Shown in pieces: positions 59,527-64,000 of a stretch of 64,000 bases of DNA. This stretch comes from Eledone cirrhosa (taxonomy: Eukaryota): positions 47,554,001 to 47,618,000 of the forward strand of contig OZ024741.1 in NCBI GenBank assembly GCA_964016885.1, given 5' to 3'. The notes under the pieces were generated by a model, which was given only the letters and a program-made list of their open reading frames with translations, ran no database searches and was not told the origin of the DNA. Position 1 is the stretch's first letter, and each line of letters opens with the position of its first letter. The position numbers were made by a program, and so were the translations under genes.

Positions 59527-60370
59527 GGTGCAAGATTACTGTCTAGGAAAAATTAACACGGTAGTTTTATTTTTTAAGATATATTTATCAAACTTGGGTC
59601 AGTTTGTCTTCATGACTTGTTCTTTCGATCTCACTTGATAAACCCGCCATTGGCTTTGATGATGGCCTCAAGGCGGCCTCGGAACCGGCTACAGGTTTGT
59701 CACTGTCCCCCGACTTAGGCCTCTAAAGGCACTAGTGGCCTTCAGATCGTCTTTCGTATTGCAGCTAGTTCTGTTGGTGGCTCGTTCCACTGCGCCCTAC
59801 ACAAAGAAGTCGAGGGGGTTGCAGTCAGGCGATCTGGGAGGCCAGATGTCAGGTGAAGTGTGGTCGACAAAGTTCTGACAGCCAGGCTTGGGTCTTTCGG
59901 CTGGTATGGCAGGACGCTGAGTCTTGCTGCCACACGTACGGCCTACCTGCAGCTACCTGGTCGATCCAGGGCTTTACTACCTCACTCAGAACGCGAATGT
60001 AGCCATCAGTGTTCAGCTTGAGGCCCTCAGGGAAGAAGTGAAGTGACATGACGACACCTAAGACCAATGTTGTCGCTGGAAACTTTGTCTGCATGACTTT
60101 GGGCACGTCTTTGGATGAGACAGCGAGCCACCTGTTGTTCTGGGAGTTGATCTTCTGGTCCTTATTTGTCCTCCCAGCACGGATTCCAAGAAGAACTCCG
60201 TGTCTCTTCCACAAATTTGGAGGTTCAAAATTATTCATAATCAATTATTCTGAAAATAAATAATGGAAATATAGTCAGTTTTTATGAAGACAAGAGTGAC
60301 AACGGAAGTAAAAAGAAATTTGCATAAAATTAGCAGTTGAAAATTGTGAACAAATATCATCCACACCCTG
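59524..60370 (-). mobile_element. Internally deleted Tc1/mariner (DD37D/maT-like) transposon
   Basis: TA-CAGGGTG...CACCCTG-TA ends in TA runs; transposase remnant NSQNNRWLA...KFPA...YVWQQDSA.CHTSRKTQAWL followed by a frameshifted WPP.SPDCNPLD motif. Confidence 0.85.
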
Positions 60371-61331
60371 TATGTATATATATATATATATACACACAGG
60401 AATGGAATTAGTTGAAGAAATATATGCAGGGCGCAGCCCCAACACTGCTGCGTCCTAGGCCTAGAGCCCATCACCCTCCCACTCTTTTGTGACCCTAGAG
60501 CCCTATCCCTTCTCTTCATTTTCCGTTTTTAAATATCTGTAGTGTTATTTGAAATAGATTTGTTTATGATTTTTTTTTTTTTTTTTTATTAATAAAAAGC
60601 AGATAGTAGTTAAATAAATTTGCAGAAATTATGAAATAGCTCAAACCTTCTGTAGTCCTTACATATTTCTCATCTCGTCAAGAAACTAGTCAAAATTGAA
60701 ATAGAATGGAGTTATTAACTTTTAATGTCTCATATCACATGAACCCACATTAACAAGACATTTTCAAAAAGTTCTTCTGATATGGCTATCATGGGATAGT
60801 CTAGCAGAAGTCAGATCTAGAAGAGTAAGCCTCGATAAAAATCCTGCTGTCTCATAGTAAACAGTGGCGACCATCAGTTTAATTAGATGACCTCGGTGTC
60901 ATGAACACCAGTGGCTTCACAGATAATTGACTAATTAATTTGAAAATGGGTTGGCACAACTGCTCCAGTTAGCCGAGAAATCTATGAGTATGCAGGTGTG
61001 GCGAGCCGCAAATATTCTAGTCATTAGAAAAGGCAAATTCTTCACCTTCGATCAATGGAGAGATGACTCAAGCAGAAGTAAAATTAAAGTCTTTACTCTA
61101 ACACCGCAAATTTTCACAACAATTAGAACTCCAGATAAAATACTTTGCTGTATTTATCTACTCTTCTTTATATTCTGAATTCAAATTCCATAATAGTTTT
61201 CTTTTTATCCTAAGGGTTGAGGATATAAGTACCAGTTATATACTAGGTGGATTAATCAGTTACAATATTTCTCTTTGACCTTGTGAGAGTGAAAAATCAT
61301 CATTTAATTTAACTGTTTATTATCATTGCAG

Positions 61332-61454
61332 AAGCTAGTTGTTAAACCAGATCAACTGATTAAAAGACGAGGGAAACTTGGTCTGATTAAAGCTGGTGTT
61401 GATTTAAATGGAGCCAAAGCATGGCTGGCAGAAAAGATGAACCAAGAAATTGAG
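61332..61454 (+). CDS. ACLY: ATP-citrate lyase, second coding exon ([41 protein letters not shown])
   Basis: Hallmark [20 protein letters not shown]-grasp motif. Acceptor ttgcag at 61331, donor GAG|gtaggt, 123 nt phase 0-0, in frame with the previous exon. Not in the ORF track. The gene continues beyond the window. Confidence 0.95.
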
Positions 61455-62394
61455 GTAGGTGTTACTGAATTTTTATTTTTGTCTCGAAACATACCGGGTT
61501 GCTGAAGAGTTCTTGGTTTTAAGAGTATCATGAAAGGGTAGAGCTTTTACCTTTATAGGGGAGGTAGGACCGTTGCAATAAGTTTGTGAATCTGAGAAGG
61601 GAATATGTTGAATAAAATCATAATTAACTGATTCTCCTGTATTTTTTTTTTTTTTGTTTACTGATCCTCCTGTATTTTCTTTTTTATTGGTCCTCCTGTA
61701 TTTTCTTTTACCCAATGCCAGGAGCTTTTCAGTACCCTGGTATTGGCACGGCACACTACCATATTTGCTTCAGTGTTTTTAGCTGAATATCAGCACCATT
61801 TATATTTTGAGATTGAATGGTTAGTATAGGAGTATTCCAAGACTTCCAGACATAAACTTCTATATTGCAACAATTCATCCACATGTAAAATATCAAACAC
61901 ATATTCCAAGGAAAATTAAAAAAGGGGAGCGCACAAAACTAACTCACTAATGGGCAGAGAGAATAAAAGAGTACTTTTTTTCTTTCTTTCGGTTTGTCTG
62001 AATATTTGTCTTTTGAGTTACAAATTACATGTCACAGTATTGAGATGTCATTTCATACAGTGATGTTGTATAACAAAGCTACTCAGCTCTTGTATTAGTT
62101 GAAAAATCAGATATGCATATACAATCATTGTTTTCCTATGTATAGTCCCGTAACTCCTGATAGTTGTAGGGGCACTATATTGACATACAGCATTGGGTAT
62201 TTTAAGCCGGGCTATATTTTATCAATCCTGAAATTCTTACAGCTAGCGTATTTTTGTTACATAGGTGTAGCTATATAAAAACAGACAATATTTCCTGATG
62301 ATTTCTAGACCTGTAGAAGTTACTCCTATAATAAAATGAATATACTTTACTCCAGGCCTGAGTACAACAGATTTCTTCCAGAGAAAGGAAGAAT

Positions 62395-62505
62395 TGACCC
62401 CAGTATTAGACTGGTACTTTTTTTTTTATTGACCTTAAAAGGATGAAAGGCAAAGTTGACCATGGCGGGTTTGAACTCAGAGTAGAGAGCCGGAATGAAT
62501 ACGAC
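62395..62505 (-). mobile_element. SINE family 2 fragment
   Basis: ggatgaaaggcaaagttgacc.tggcggg.tttgaactcag match. Confidence 0.65.
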
Positions 62506-64000
62506 TCATATATGCATATACACTACCCAATTAGCTTGTCGAGTTTTTGAAGATAAAATCTGTTGAATGCCATATTATATATGGGGGACACAATGTTGCT
62601 TGTATTTCATCTATGCATGTTCATTCTTTTGTTCTAGCTGGTTTATCTTTGAATTTCACCATGTTGGTGCACCACATGCAAGTTTCAGTTGATCATATTG
62701 ATTCCAGTATTCATTTCAACCTGGAATTTATATAATCAAATCAATCTATATTTGCCACATCACTAAGTTATGGAGCCATGTGTTTGTGATACAAACTTCT
62801 AAACCATATATATGTCATCATCATCATTGTACACTGTAAAGCAGCTGGTGATAGAGAGGACATCCATTTATAGAAATCATATAATAAAATGGTTAAATGG
62901 TCAGTAGTTCTGATTATGTACTGACTTAGTCTGTAATGATGTTTGGAGTGATATTGTGAACAGATGTAACATTTTAAAGATCTTTTGTCCACGTTTGATC
63001 ATGGAAATATTGTGCAAAATAATCTGTTTTATCTACGAGTGTCAGTGAAAAGTACATAGGCTGACCAAGATACTCTCATGGAATGATCACATGAGCTTTA
63101 TTTTTCAACATAGTCTCCATAAAGAAACAATGCAGTTAAGAATAAAGAGTTGAAATTAATGCATGCAAAATTTTATGTCCTTAGCATCACTTGTTTATAA
63201 TCAGCCTATGAACTTTTCAGACGACCCTTGTATCACCAGGAATCAAAACCTATTTTATTGGTGTAAAATTTTAATCCTCATTGGGTCCAAAGCCAAGTCT
63301 GTTAATGGCTGCTACACTTGTATGCTCTGGATGGCTTTCAGTGTCCGTAGGATGTAGAAAGTGACCAATGAACAATTATATGATAACATTTTACAGCTCT
63401 AACATCACTCCTTCGTAATCAGCCTATGAACTTTTCAACTGACCCTCATAAATAGTATATTTTAGCTGTCCCTATCATTTGTTTCAATTGACAAGAGAAT
63501 TCACTCAGAAGAGTACAGTGTCCATAAACTCCTGTACCACATTAAACTACATTATTTAGATAGTTTTAAAAAAAAACAATTCAGCACTATCACATGAAAC
63601 ATTTTTTTAATCATTACTCTGATACTGCAAATTTTCTCAAGTAAAGATACTATATACATTTGAATTAGCAAACCTGTTTTTAGATATTTTCTGCCAAATT
63701 ATGACGGGATGTTTAGAGTTAACTTTCAAATGGTCCAGGTGCCACATGATAGAAGCAATTCACTGTGAGATCAATGGGTATTCCATTGCTATACATTGAT
63801 GTGTTTAATCTATCTCATGTGTATATAGTCTCTATCAAGCTGACTTACTCTTAACATACTACATGAAAATAAAGTATTTCAACAGTGTTCCTGAAGGCAT
63901 CTTTAAAATATGGTGGAGCCCATTTCCTCTACAGGTCTAAACATAGCCGATTTCTTTCAGGGAGGGCAAGAGAGTAATAGAGCAGTAGTGAAAAAGATAT

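Noticed and set aside
60850-61180. Possible alternative ACLY exon (ORF 60951-61178, CpG-retaining patch)
   Set aside because: No recognisable similarity and no convincing in-frame splice pair; cannot be supported from sequence alone.

Overview
AT-rich animal DNA, most likely a coleoid cephalopod (Octopus-like); this is inferred from the SINE/RTE repertoire and the huge (TA)n tracts, not proven. The window has two halves. (1) About 1-35.3 kb is a gene-free (TA)n microsatellite region with a 200-N gap at 28682-28881. It holds 5'-truncated RTE-clade LINEs of three subfamilies, all with a PHD finger inside the RT domain, plus tRNA-derived SINEs, a CR1-like 3' end, Penelope-like remnants and several fold-back palindromes. 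At least seven type I hammerhead ribozyme motifs can be read by eye. Four belong to a non-coding ~425-bp retrozyme-like monomer present in tandem and inverted arrays, with compensatory base changes in stem I. (2) About 35.3-64 kb is the 5' part of an ATP-citrate lyase (ACLY) gene on the + strand, with coding exons 54843-54992 and 61332-61454 and a probable promoter/non-coding first exon near 36.1-36.7 kb. Its introns contain piggyBac-, mariner- and hAT-type MITEs, old LINE/SINE fragments and a DD37D/maT transposon remnant. All coordinates and folds were read manually.
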